Shown: positions 11,394-24,490, counted from the whole stretch's first letter. The stretch: 63,396 nucleotides of DNA, filler included, from Perkinsus chesapeaki ATCC PRA-425 (GCA_013115145.1; 8 parts of 8 records of this genome joined end to end with filler, not necessarily neighbours in it); one strand, 5' to 3'. Notes: generated from the letters alone by a model not told the origin. Made by a program: numbers and translations.

Positions 11394-12865
11394 TGGACTA
11401 ACGCCTTTCCGCTGCCTCCAAATTTATGAAAAGATCTTTATACCTAGAGTTAGCTATGGTATTGAAGTCTATGGTGCCTCCCTTTGTATATCCTACCTGA
11501 GGGATTTTATTGATACAGCTGCCAATACTTTCCTAAGGGGGGCTCTTCGGTTGAGGCGCTCCACTCCACTAGGTTATGTATACATCCTATCGGGCTATCC
11601 CCCTTTAAGTGATATTCTGCTTGGTAAAGCTATTACTATCCACTATCATAAGGCTTTCTTTAATGATATGATTGGTAAAAGAGCGGTAGTTAAAAGAGCA
11701 AAGATTGACAAGATCCTGGCTGCCTTTGGCTTCCCCTCCGACTACCGTGGAGACAGGCTTGGCGCTGATCCGTATATGTCATGTGACTTGGTCTCTCGTA
11801 TAGTAATTGGTGATGACAAAACGTCCACCCTTGAACGGGAGAAACAAGTGCTAACCCCATGGAAGGCATATACCGATGGTTCTATGATCAGGCATAAGTC
11901 AAAAATGGTGCCCTCAGTTGGGGCCGCTTTCTTCATTAAGAAGGAGGATGGGGCTTCCCACTTTGAAGGGAAACGACTCTCTACTAACATCTCCATCATG
12001 CATGCTGAACTTGTGGCCATCAGCATGTGTCTGAGATGGATTGTTGATAATCTTAGCGCTTGTGAGGTGGCCTTGTTTAGTGATAGCAGGTCTGGTCTGC
12101 AGCTTTTACAAACGTGCAGAACTTCTGACATACTTAACCAAATAAGGAATCTGGACACTATGTGCTCTGCCCGTGGTATAAAGGTATATTATTACTGGAT
12201 TGCAGGACACTCTGGTTCTGAAGGCAATGAAAAGGTCGACTTGCTTGCAAATCAAGCCAGATCTTTGCCGTGTATCACTAAGCTTCCTTCCAGTATCTCA
12301 TGCACGAAGGATTACATACTTGATTATTTTGAAAGGTCCAAACGTGAACGACTTCGTCGCCTATCTGGAGATACTGCTGAGGCTTTGGCGACACCCTTTC
12401 AGCTTTATAATTTGCTGAAAGTGGTACATTATCGGTCTGATGGAGGTCCTCTTTGTCGCCTGTTGGTTGGTCATACTACTGCGCTGAACTCTTACAAGTA
12501 TAGACCCGGTCATCGGAGCTATCTTTGTGATACTTGTATGCAATTAGACAATGTGAGGCATGCTGTCTTCTTTTGTGACGCTGAGCCTAGAGCTAGCCAG
12601 CGCCCCGTTTGGGTTGAACCTCTCGGTAGTTTTCGACAACTTACGGTGAGCGAGCTTAGAATAAAGGATATGCTAAAATTTGCTTGCCATTTAGAAAGAT
12701 CTGTACAAGCAAGAAACTAAATTGAGCATCTACTTTGAAATTTTCACTTGATGGCATTTCGTATTCTTGGTTTTGTTTTCCCTTGAAGCCGTTTGGCGGA
12801 TAGGGGAGGGACGTCTGACTAAGCCGTCTTTCGGCGTCGGACGTAAAACTCCAACAACAACAACA
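11394..12865 (+). mobile_element. 5'-truncated non-LTR retrotransposon (RT thumb, RNase H, C-terminal Zn knuckle; I-group-like) with (CAA)n tail
   Basis: YEKIFIPRVSYGIEVYG; RNase H YTDGS, HAELVAI, FSDSR, WIAGHSGSEGNEKVD; CDTCMQLDNVRHAVFFC; stop at 12720; (caa)5 tail at 12852-12866; flanked by acccatgtgat at 11383-11393 and 12866-12876 (TSD). Confidence 0.9.
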
Positions 12866-13272
12866 ACCCATGTGATGGAGCTCCGTTCCTTCCCAGATGT
12901 CGCATTTCCAAGGAAATGCCTGAAGAGCAACTGGGCGGGATGGGAGGGCAAACATTTGTCTGCCACTAGACCTTGGATCTGGGCGACACACCGGTGCTCG
13001 CAAACGTCGGAGACAGCGCAGGGAGGTTGACTGCGCGGAGCTATGTTTCAGTTGTACGCATGCGTTGATGTTGCAACTCGGCACTATCTTGCTAACTTGT
13101 CTCGTCTTTCAAATACCCTTACAATAGCTATAGTAGAGATTTTGATTTGATCATTTGTCTCTGATCTACAGCAGTATCCGTCAGCAGTCTAACGGTACCT
13201 TGCGTTCTACAAGATACCTTATAATCTCCGAGATCACAAAAATCATCCGAGAATCGAAGATAACTACTGAAG

Positions 13273-16200
13273 ATGCCGAAGAAGAAGACCGCCAACTCCC
13301 CATTTAAGATGCCCCTGATCCCTCCGGGAGCACAGAAGGAAACAGAAGATTCCGACCACAATCCTCCTGCGACTCCGATCAACATGAGAGAGTATCGGAA
13401 GGAAGCTCGGGAGGAGCTGAAAGCCAGTGGACACTCGGTGTGGAAACCTACCGAGGGTGGCACATCATTCGCTGAACATTTGGTTTCTATGGAACGCTTA
13501 ATGCATATGATTGGTATCAGTATGTCATCTCCGGCTGCCTACTTTTTGCTGTTGTATTCTGTTGATAGTAGCGTTCGTCATGGGCTTCCGCCGTGTGATC
13601 TAACACTGGGATCACCAGGGGAACTCTATGAGTGTCTCAAGGCGGAGTTGAAACAGCGCCATTTCGATCCTACTGATGTATTAGCCCTTCGACATTCCTT
13701 CAATACCCTAGCTCAGGGCACCTCTGTGAGCCTTACTAAGCATTTGAGTATTATAGATGATCTGGTGAATCGACTGCGGTTACAAGGGGATGTTGTTTCG
13801 GATGAAAATATTTTTGACTGCATATGTAGTAGCGTAAGAGACCCCTATGCTGATTGGGCTCTTGCCTACCGGCTCGACGGAGTATCACTTAATGAAGCTC
13901 GGCTACGGATGACAGGTAGAGCGAAGCATCATGAACGGCGGCCACCTACCCACCTGTTCCGACAAGTTCCTTTAGAAGAAACTGCGGCAGCCGCCGCTAC
14001 GACTACCGCTTCAGACGAGAAACTGGTGCTCGACTACGGCTGGATACTTCGCGAGGGACGCTGCTTTCGCTGTCTCGAACGGAACCACAGTGCCGTACGG
14101 TGCACAAAAGAGCTGCCGGCGTTTCTGTCAAGAAGATGCCTTTGTTGCGGCCGAACAGGCCATCAGCGAAGTGACTGCAGACTTCTAATCGGTAAGAAAG
14201 TTGTGTGCGGTAGATGTGGCCAGCAAGGCCATACTCCCTCGGTGTGTCGTTCTCCACCAAAGGAGTCTAAAGAGGGCGACGGTAAGACCGGTGACAAAAC
14301 AACAACTGAAGAAACAGGAGCTGCTTCCACAGTGGTGGTACAAGGAGCCCAGAGTGCGAAGGGTAACCATTCAGAAGAAAAGAATAACCACAGATCAGAT
14401 GACTCTGAAAATGAAGATTGTACGAAGCCGTCTAATACCAGCTGGTTGCACATGGTGTTAGATGACCCTTGTGATGCTGCACTGACGGATCCGACCACAT
14501 GTCATGGAACTTCGTTATATACAGATGAACTTTCAGACCCCACCCCATTGATTACTGACATTAAGTTATTGCCCGAGGACTGTCAAGACAGTGGTCACAG
14601 CAGCAAGGCGCTCGTAGACACCGGAGCTGGCAGGAGTTTCATTCGTTCGAGCACTCTGAGCTCATTGCCAGAATCTCTGATTGTGGAGCTGCGTGATGTG
14701 CAGGTCTCGGTTATGGTCGCTAATAAAGAGAAGTTTATTTGTTCTAAGGCGGTGTTATTGAATGTCGCTACTCCGCAGTTGACGAAACCAATATGGTTTC
14801 TGATTGTGAAAGACCTGTCATTCCCTCTGATTCTCGGACTTGATGCTATAAGACGACTTCAGCTGTTGATCTATGCGTCCCCGGAAGCAGTACTCCTGAA
14901 AGCCGGAGTGAACGAGCATGTTGTACGCCAGTGCGCGGGCAACGGTAAGCAGCATGCCGTCGATGCTGAAGCTAACAGGAGCCATTTTCACTGTTATCCG
15001 GGTGACGTTGTGTTATCGAATGAAGTCGCAGATGAAGAGTCAAGTTCTGAGAAATACGAAGTAGATTTTAATCTAGTTATGCAGGGAGCCGTAGAGGAAA
15101 GGACTCCCTCTTTTGATGAAGCTTACTGGTCTAATTTTGGTCATCATCAGGACGAAGAAAGAGCTCTTAATTTCCACTCATCGTGCGTCCCGTTGAATGG
15201 TGTATCCGCCGAGTGCTCATCGAAGTTTTGCTCGAGCGAGAAGGATTCCTTATTTATAGGATATACTAGGGACGCTAATCATGTCAATGAGGATGGCAGT
15301 ACTAGTTCGGTTCAAAGATTCACGTATAGAGTTCCGTGGGTTAGAAGGCTTCCCAAACCTTCGAATCGTGAGATTAAGAACGCAATTGATCGTGATGACG
15401 CTCGAAGGAATCGCCTCGAGAAGTCTGGCCAACTGGAATCTTATGCGCAAGTCTTTGACACTTATATCGAGAAGGGAATTCTTGTGGAAGTTGATGAGAC
15501 CGATTATTCTAAGGTGACGGGCATACTGAACCATTTTCCTGTTGCAAGAGACAGTAGCCCCACTACTCCAGTACGACCGGTACTGAATGGTTCAATATAT
15601 CGTGGTGTCATTGGTACTGGTTTTAAGAATAAGAAACAAGAAGATGCAGTAGTTCGTAGTACTGTTCCACAATTGTTGCTCTTTCGATCTTTTCCTCATG
15701 TAGCTACATTAGATGTTCAGACTGCATTTTATATGTTGAGACATACTATTGATGATAGTTTCTCCTTTTGGCTTGGAATCATCGTATTTATCGTCTCGTT
15801 TCCCCGGCTATGGGGGCTCCTCACTCTCCTTGCGTGCTGCAAGACAGTATGTTGCGAGTATGCAGCGAAGCAATGGAGAAATTGGAGGAGAGACACCCTG
15901 AGATTCCAGCAAGTGAGTTATCCCAATGTGTCTCTTATAGTGCTTACATGGACGACATAGTGATTGGCGCTATGAGTCCTGAATTGTTGAAGGATGCTAC
16001 AGAATGCATGCTAAGTGTTTGTGCCCAGCACGGCTTTAATTGTCCGATTGTCAAGCGATGCATCGGTGCTCCTTCTCAGGGCTCGCCGCCTCAGGAAGTG
16101 CTGGGGATGCTCTGGATGCCAGGGGATCAGCTGAAGAACGCCCCCGGACCAGATCTTCCGCCACCAGTTCTGATGAGAGACTCAAATGCAGGTCATGGTA

Positions 16201-16300
16201 CTGAAAGAGCAGCCACAACCTGTCGAGACCTTATGAGTATTGTTGCTAAGATGTATGATCCCTGTGGTATAAATAATAATATGATATTGGCTATGAGGCT
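13273..16300 (+). mobile_element. LTR retrotransposon gag-PR-RT (BEL/Pao-like RT), frameshifted and 3'-truncated
   Basis: Three CCHC knuckles (CFRC..H..C, CLCC..H..C, CGRC..H..C); protease LVDTGAG; RT NHFPVARDSSPTTPVRPVLNGS, TLDVQTAF, MGAPHSP, YMDD, EVLGMLW, TCRDLMSIVAKMYDPCG; frameshift near 15765. Confidence 0.88.
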
Positions 16301-18796
16301 TATAGGCCCAGTAGATATAATAAACCAAACAGATGGATTATAGAAGGATCCAATTGATTATATTAACCAATAGATGTATGCAGCATTAGCTAGGCTTAAA
16401 CATCATATATAACACAATGGAGACAAGCTTTGTGTCAGACTTATCCTACAACTATTCTCCCTCCTTCTCCTGGAGAGGAAGAGCACAGACACGTTACAAC
16501 TTTATTACATCTTAGAAACTCTAATCATCATAACTTTTACAGCTGTTTCGGCCAATATTCAATCTTGCTACTGGATGCTTATTTCTTGTGCTTCTTCTGA
16601 ACTGCCGCTGCTCATCGTTGTCTATCTCATCACAGGATTCATACACTTCTGCTTCTCTAGCTCGGGCTGCAATCTTAGGCTCAATATCCGTAGTGAATGT
16701 AGGACTAGGTATACATGGAGGTTCGACATCATCTTGAAGGTTCTGGTCCTCCACAGAGGGTTCCCAGGTGTCATCAGTCTTAACATAACGAAGATTAATA
16801 AGCTTTTTAGTTGTACCATTGGTAACAATAACCGTATTAGGATATTTCATCGACGGACCATGAACGATACACCAACCTTTTTCCCATAAAGGTGATAATT
16901 TACGATCAACTCCAATGTTATTCACCCTCCTAGTATATAACATTACTTGACGACCTTGATAATACACGTCACGACTCCTCTCTTGAACACGATTTTGACG
17001 ATCATAATAAAGTTTATTATCGCGATGTTGCCAAGCTTGCTGTGAGCGTACACCATTCCAAAGTGAATATAACTCAGTCAGGTCATATTGCTGATAACTC
17101 ATAAAATAAGGATTGCGCCCAAATAACACCATGAACGGACTTTTACTACCCAAAGCTTTATGCGGGCGACAATTATATACATAGGCGAGCTTTAATGCTT
17201 CACGCTTCACATCAGTAGGAGTCCTTAAAGAATATGTTCTGGCTAACCGATGGAGTGTCCTATGCACTCGCTCTACGACACTGTTGCCTTTGGGATAATA
17301 TTCCGAAGATCTTCTCAGAGTCACTTTGAAAGTTCCCAACACTTTCATCACCTCTGGACCAGACAAGTTTCTTGCATTATCAGCAACGATAGATTGTGGT
17401 GGACCAAACCTTATAAAGCAGCGGAAGAGCATTACTGCTATCCAATTAGACGTCATAGAAGGCAGATACTCCCAAACCAGAAACCTAGTAAAAGAGTCGA
17501 TTATGGTTAGAAAATGAACTTGACCATAAGATACAATATCGACATGTAAAACTTTCCAAGGAAAAGCACTATTAGCTAGCGCTTGCATAGGAGCGGCAGG
17601 ATTAGGAGGTTTCTCAAGAGAACATTCACGACATGTTGATACCACTTCGTTTGCTCGTTTCCACATATAAATGAAGAAACACACTGTACGAAGCGTCTCA
17701 ACCGTAGCCTGCACAGTGACATGTCCCAACTCATGCGCACCCTTGACAATTTTATCAATCATAACAGTCGGTATAACAGGTAACAATTCACCATTGCCAT
17801 TGTTCCAATACAACATATCATCAATCAATCTAAGCTCATGACTTACACGAGCATATTCATTCAGATTTGGTGTACCTCTAGGCATGTACAAGCCCCTCTT
17901 GATAGCATTCTTGACAGTTACCAGATCTTGATCAAGCTGTTGCCCTCTTCTAACCTCAGCATTATCGATAAAAAACTTCAACGGAATATCATTCATCTCG
18001 TAACAAGCAGCACAAGAGTGATCTTCGGCCTCCAGAAGATATGGTGTAAATTGATCTTCATAGTCGTCAACATTACCGTTGCGAACCACCAGTTCGTGAC
18101 GGTATGATACCATTTTTGCATGCAGTGGATGCCTAGTAAGCCTATCTGCTCTGTTTTGTTCTGATGGTACATAACCAAATATAAATCGTGACCACTCGTT
18201 GAGAGGAAAAAGCTCTTGCAATAAAACGAGATACTTTTGTAGTACAGGGCAGTTTTCCCTGCGACTAACAGCAGCAACTCTCTTAGTGCATAAGATAGTT
18301 TTCACCACTTTGTTATCAATGTTGACACGAACTTTTTTAAACTTTTTGGAGGGCAGTTGCTCTAATTCATGAATGGCGGCCAGACCAGCATAGACTGCAG
18401 ACATTTCCTTAACGACAATGGCCACACCAAGTTTCTTCTCCGCAAAGGCCACACTCGATTCATCCATGACCATTAATTCACCATCAACTTCTTGTGCCAA
18501 TTCATAACCAGATACCCATTTACTTGCGTCAGTTGATAATACAATATCTTTGCCAAAATCATACGTCCTGGGAAGTGTCAACGTACCAGCATCAAGCACC
18601 GTAGAATACCATTCTTTTATTAGTTTATACAACTTATCGGACACTTTAGTTCGCCACGAGACACGTCTTTGGTGAAGTTCACGAGACACCAACCCTTGTA
18701 GTGAGTGTTTCAGAGCCAGGTTCCATGCGCCAGCAGTAACCACATCCGGCAGCTTACCCAGCAAGGATAAAGCACCTGTATAGGAGATATCACATT
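16300..18796 (-). mobile_element. LTR retrotransposon 3' part (RT connection, RNase H, integrase, PPT, 3' LTR); cut by contig end
   Basis: ORF 16521-18764: LSTDAS, KEMSAV, NRADRLTR, HELGH...CREC, VDIV, ADNARN, GNSVVERVHRTL, SPFMVLFGR, RRSTR. PPT aggagaaggagggagaa (16455-16471, minus) is followed by TGTAGG at 16450. Left LTR boundary uncertain. Confidence 0.88.
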
Positions 18797-18896
18797 NNNN
18801 NNNNNNNNNNNNNNNNNNNNNNNNNNNNNNNNNNNNNNNNTTAATTAATTAANNNNNNNNNNNNNNNNNNNNNNNNNNNNNNNNNNNNNNNNNNNN
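18797..18896. other. Artificial contig linker N44-TTAATTAATTAA-N44 (also 24563, 26841, 38199, 40422, 48288, 50158)
   Basis: Identical 100-bp structure at seven places, with stop codons in all six frames. Confidence 0.98.
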
Positions 18897-18969
18897 TAAA
18901 GCCGCTATTTTTTGAGCCGTCTTGTTGATTAGGCAGTTTGGGGTCGAGTCGTTCACGTTGGCCTAAGCC

Positions 18970-19086
18970 TGTGGTGACTGACACAATTATTGTCCCTTAT
19001 AGCCGTAGCTAAGCTTAGGGCTCCCGCAGCCCCCTCCATATATTAATATATACTTCCTACTATTATAAGCTTACTTGCGTTCCACA
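18970..19086 (+). repeat. 5' LTR (117 bp)
   Basis: Identical by eye to 24374-24490; TGTGG/CCACA terminal inverted repeat; AT-rich TATA-like core. Confidence 0.95.
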
Positions 19087-19089
19087 AAG

Positions 19090-19099
19090 TGGTAGCAGC
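19090..19099 (+). promoter_or_regulatory. Primer-binding site, initiator tRNA-Met type
   Basis: TGGTAGCAGC lies 3 nt after the LTR; TGGTAGCAG complements the ...CUGCUACCA end of eukaryotic tRNAiMet. Confidence 0.8.
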
Positions 19100-20190
19100 T
19101 CCTAACGCAACACCATGAGCAAGTCCGGTGAAGAAGAGTCAACAACAAGCAAGTATACTGCAGTTCCTAAGCCATACTCGGGTTCAGGAAACTTTCGTGA
19201 ATGGCGACTTCGGTTCACATACTGCCAAGAAGCTAATGGTTGGAGCGACGAGATGGCCCTGAAGAAGCTGCCAACTCTGTTGGAAAAGGTGGCGTTGGTT
19301 ACTTTTACACGATTGTCTAAAGACGACAAGATTAGTCTATCAAAGGTTCTGAACAAGCTTGAAGAAGAATTTGCCCCCGAGCAGAGTACGGCGTTTGATG
19401 AATTTTCCAACGCTCACTACAACCCCACAGATAGTCTAGACCTATATTCCTACCAGCTCACGGAATTGTTAGATTCCAGTGGTTTATCCCTAGATGAGAA
19501 GTCTCGTGATGCGTTGTTGATTGCGAAATTTATCGCTTCATTACCTAGTGATTTGCAGGTTGATCTCCGGAAATCAAGAGAGTCTATTAATAGTTTACAA
19601 GGTGCCCTACGTATGGCGAAGAGACTTCAAGCTATCCAAACAACACCCTCATCTTTGAGCCCACCAGTTACTACTTCTTCAAGTCCGAACCCGGTACCTA
19701 TGGTTGATACGAGTAATCTACCCTCGGTTCAGTTGAGCAACCCTTTGGAGAAGCCAGATCCTGCGGTTGCGGCAATTGCTGACCTCACTGAAGCTATTCG
19801 TCAAGAACAAGAGATGATGGTAAATTTTATATCTCGACGTGGAAAAGGCAAAGGTGGTAAAGGACGCTCTCGTTATGGCCGTTATCAATACCAGAGAAGA
19901 CCTACTAGAAATGCATATCTGAACAACAGGCGTCACCAAACACATCAAGCTCCTTGGGCTCCTACATGTGATTATTGCGGTATCCCTGGCCATTTCTGGC
20001 GTGAATGCCGTCGTCGGCTACGTGACCAAGGAGTTACAACAAACTATGGCAATTTTGATGGTCCGAGGAATGGACGTCTACCTGATAATAGAGATCGACA
20101 ACCTCGTGAAGTCAATGGTTATACTGATAATGATGTTACTATGTATGATACTAGTAATTTAATTGATACTGTTGAAACTCGATATACGTC

Positions 20191-20273
20191 GGAAAACGAC
20201 TGCGGGACAGGAATGGACCGCGCCCGCCTGTCCCATCCGCAATAGATTGTAATCCTACCCCTTCGTCGCGGTT
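20191..20273 (+). promoter_or_regulatory. Putative -1 programmed ribosomal frameshift signal (G GAA AAC + pseudoknot)
   Basis: Heptamer in gag frame at 20191-20197, inside the gag/pol overlap. Stem gggacagg (20204-11) pairs with cctgtccc (20227-34); loop accgcg (20217-22) pairs with cgcggt (20267-72). Confidence 0.7.
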
Positions 20274-23200
20274 ATTTTATCCTATTACTATATATGATAA
20301 TCATTACAAGTTATTTATTGATACGGGGAGCGAATACTCGCTAATTTCTCGTAAACTCGTTGATAAACTATCGATCTGTAGTAAGTTACAATTTACTAAT
20401 CAACCGTTAAAACAGTTATATACCGCCGATGGCGACCCTTTACAGTGCCTCGGCACCGTGATTTTACCATTGTACTTTTCTCCTTATTATACGATTCGTT
20501 ACCCCTTTATAATAGTAGAACATATTATTGAACCTATTCTTGCCGGTCGAGGTCTACAACGTGCTATTGGTTTAAGAATTGATCAGTCAACCAGTCCGCC
20601 GTCTCTTTCCCTGCCTTCAGATATTACCCATCCCGCAAGTCGTGTACATCCTCAAGAATCAAGTAGCCACGCTTCGAAAGATCCTCATGAAGCACATGTT
20701 ATATCATCGGTACATCGAGAACCTGAGAAAGATCACACTACTAGAGCGACAATTCCAAGTCATCTACGTGTACTAGATGTAGTTGAAGATTTGGGATGGA
20801 TTGCTATATATCTTACATATGATATAATTAAGAAGACAAAGTGTTTTACCGTCGAGATCAAAAAAGGCACCGTCAAGCCTATGAATATGGCCGAGTATAA
20901 GCGATATGGTAGACTGCACACGAAGATGACTAAGTGTCCAAAGCAGGATTTAGAAGATTCTGTGAAGATATGGGATAAATGGCAAGAAGATGGCAAGGTT
21001 CGACGACTTCCCCCACACTCCCCAGCAACGGTTATCCAAAATTATTATGTGGTCCGTGGAAAACGTGCTAGAGTGGTACTAACGTTCTTGTATGTGAATA
21101 ACTACCTACATGATAAATGCAATGATATGGCGTTCAAACAGTCCCAGATTCCTGATATGCTGCTCGAATCGAGACTATACACTTCCCACGCTACATTAGA
21201 TATTAGTGATGCATTCACATGCATTCGATTGGGAAGCTTTTTTTCTACATTGACTGATACAAGAGTCCTATTGATGGATGGTTCTTATTGTACAATGAGA
21301 TTTTTATCGCTACCATATGGGGTGAATGTTGCTCCATGGTGTCTGGAAACATCAGTAAGATATGTTCTAAAACTAACCCCAATTCGACAACCCTCTATGT
21401 GTAAAAATTATATGGATGATATACTAGTAGCTAATAATGGTCACGCTATTGACGAGCTAGCTCAAGTAAACGAGTCCCTCCAGCATTACGACTTTCTTAT
21501 ATCCCCTCGTAAGATCCTGGACATTGACTCTCAACCAGCTACTGATATTCTTGGTATCGTGATATTGAACAAGCATGGTAAGAAGTATGTTACAATTGGT
21601 AAACCTAAGGACAAAAAATGGAAATCGACATTGCAGACTTTTCTCAACGAGTCCGAAATTACTTATCAAAATCTACATTCTATGGTTGGTTGTATCCCAA
21701 AATATCCATTATATGATCCCTGGTTGATATCCCTATGTTATAAATTTCAGTCTATTGCAAGTCGAGAACGAAATGATAAAGCCCACGAATGGTCCCAAGC
21801 TATAGACCCTGGTCTGGATCGACTCACACGAAATTGGATACAAGAGTCACTATTATTTGAACCTCTGCGGGTTCCTATGCACATTGACATCGACAAAGCC
21901 CTATCTATATATGTTGATTCATCGAAATATGCACTGGGATATATGGTATATCAGAATTCACAGCTATTACATCAACATAATGAGATCTTACCAGAAGAAC
22001 GGTCCTTCCTCAACATTGCTTACAAGGAGTTGGTCGCACTACGTTTGTCAGTGTCATATATCAGCCACATTCAGGTTCTGGCAAAAAGGAAAGTCAACCA
22101 TATCGACCTCTACACCGACTCGAAAGTCGTATATAATATACTTAAAAACGACAGAGTTAAAGCTACACCAGCGGCATCGAGAAACCATATTGAATTAATT
22201 CGCCGAGAATATATTATCACTAAGGAGTTACTTACAGCAATTGGTTGCACTTGGACTATTACTCATGTGGATGGAAAAAGCAATCCTGCTGATCGCCTAA
22301 CAAGACACCAACTATTGGATAAGTTCGTATTGTATAATGCCAATATGGTATCTGATGAAGAAAAAGGCTCAGAAGATCATTTACTGGGGAAAAATGATGA
22401 CACTATTGTTAATGCTATTTTATCAAAACCAAAATATGGAACAGACTCATCTAACTCCAATACCCTAGATGTATTAAAATGGCAACCCCGCCCAGTTACA
22501 TTGGAAGAAGTTCGACTAGCTCAAAAAGGAGATCCCTACCTACCGGTGAACGAGAGTCGCTATATTATGAAGAATGGTCTTCTACATTATCGTAAGCCAC
22601 TTGGTATACCAACTCTATATATACCTCCGCAACTACGCGCTCGAGTACTTCAAGTTAATCATGACTCAGTCTTTGGTGGCCACTGTGGAGCAAGACGACT
22701 ACATGACCTGATATCAAAAGTAGCTTACTGGCCTTATATGAACGTTGACTGCGAATTCTATACAACTACTTGTGATGTATGCCAAAGAGCAAAAAGCATT
22801 CGACCAAACCCACTACAACTACGTTCATTAATACCAAGCTATCCCTTAGAAGTCCTATATATGGATTATTTAACTATCGAAAATCAAAAGATATTGGTAC
22901 TTCAAGACTCATTTTCGAAGTTTGCTAAGATTTATATTGCTCAAAGTTCTGATGGTCAACACACTGCTAATTATTTACTTGATTTCTTTCTCTCCTATGG
23001 AGTTCCTACTAGAATTTTCAGTGATAATGGTGCTAATTTACGTAGTAAAGAAGTCCATGCCCTTCTCGAGTCGTTTAATATCCAACATGACTATTCACCT
23101 AGTCGAGCCCCATATTCACATGGGATGATTGAACGACTAAATTCTTCATTACTAACATTTTTACGTACATTTCGATATAAGTCTGACTGGAAAAGTCAAT

Positions 23201-24373
23201 TGCCTTACTTAGTATTTAGCTATAATATTACTCGCAATAGTACTACTGGCGTCTCGCCATTTACAATATTTTTCGGTCGACAGGTCCTACCATCACTATT
23301 GCCCAAAACGATCAACCCCACCTCCTACGACTCTCCCTTATCTTACTTGGCATCCAATGATATGGCTATTCATGATCGGTCCGCTAAAGTTGAACGCCGA
23401 CTCTACCAGCAAGCAGAAGCCCGTCGCCTTCGACATGAGCGACAATATGGTGCTCCAAGAAATCATGGTTTTGTCGTTGGGGATATTGTGTACTGGTATC
23501 ATGGACCTGGAAGAACAAAACTCAATTCAAAATGGGTTGGGCCCTATCGAGTGTGTGGAACTCATTCATCTAAAGTTATCTTATGTATCGAAAATCCAGT
23601 TACAACACATCAACACTATGTTCATGCAAATGCTCTAAGGCTAGCGAACGTTCGACCACAAGCCCTACAAGTTACTAATAATTCAACTGAGAAGCTGGTG
23701 CTATCGACTACAAGTTCAAAACCGAGACCAGATGTATTAACAAGACATGCCCCACTCTTGCAACCACTAAATATGATACCCAATGACCAAACAACATTAT
23801 CAACAAGACCAGCGCCTCGTAGTGATACCACTCACTCGGAAGATCCTTGTAATATCTCCATTTCTAGTAGAACGTCTGAGCATGTTGAAGTACCTGATAA
23901 AACAACAGAGTCTACGAGTTCACCTAATGTTACGACTACGTTACCATCAAGTAAGATGTCTCTGGTAAACGAGCAACATGGTCAATCTTCGACAAGTTCT
24001 TCTTCTAGCCGACCCCGAGCAGAGGAGCAAGATGAGAAGGCGAATGATGATGTCATATCCAAAGGTCCACAAGATATACTACAAGAAATAAAATCTGATA
24101 AACAACTGGGAACCCACTATGTTATGTCCGAAGGAATACTACAGCGTCGAAGTACAAGAACGAGGCGACCGACGAGACGTTATGAAGAAGTGATACAAGT
24201 AACGCCCTCGAGAAGAAAGCGAAAACTTCCACAGCAAGGCCAACCAAGTAAGAAGAAAGCTCGTTGTTCATCTCGAGGGGGGGAAGCCGACGGTTTCACC
24301 TGATCGATTTGCGCAATGAAAATGGCGCTCGCCTAAGTAATCTATTTTACCAATCTCGAGGGGGGGGGAAGCC

Positions 24374-24490
24374 TGTGGTGACTGACACAATTATTGTCCC
24401 TTATAGCCGTAGCTAAGCTTAGGGCTCCCGCAGCCCCCTCCATATATTAATATATACTTCCTACTATTATAAGCTTACTTGCGTTCCACA
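24374..24490 (+). repeat. 3' LTR (117 bp)
   Basis: Matches the 5' LTR; preceded by PPT. Confidence 0.95.

Larger units (their letters stand above)
18970..24490 (+). mobile_element. Complete LTR retrotransposon, gag / -1 frameshift / PR-RT-RH-IN
   Basis: Identical 117-bp LTRs TGTGG...CCACA (18970-19086, 24374-24490); AGCC TSD; PBS TGGTAGCAGC at 19090; gag 19115-20245 with CDYCGIPGHFWREC; pol frame open 20176-24303 with FIDTGS, YMDD, YVDSS, HDSVFGGH...CDVC, SDNG, GMIERLN, WVGPY; G-rich PPT at 24359-24370. Confidence 0.96.

Noticed and set aside
14003-17758. Numerous short ORFs antisense or out of frame to retroelement polyproteins
   Set aside because: Shadow ORFs of long coding sequences, with no motifs.
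18841-18852. TTAATTAATTAA palindrome repeated seven times inside N runs
   Set aside because: Artificial six-frame-stop scaffold linker. Adjacency across these joins has no biological meaning, and ORFs ending in ...XXXLIN are artefacts.
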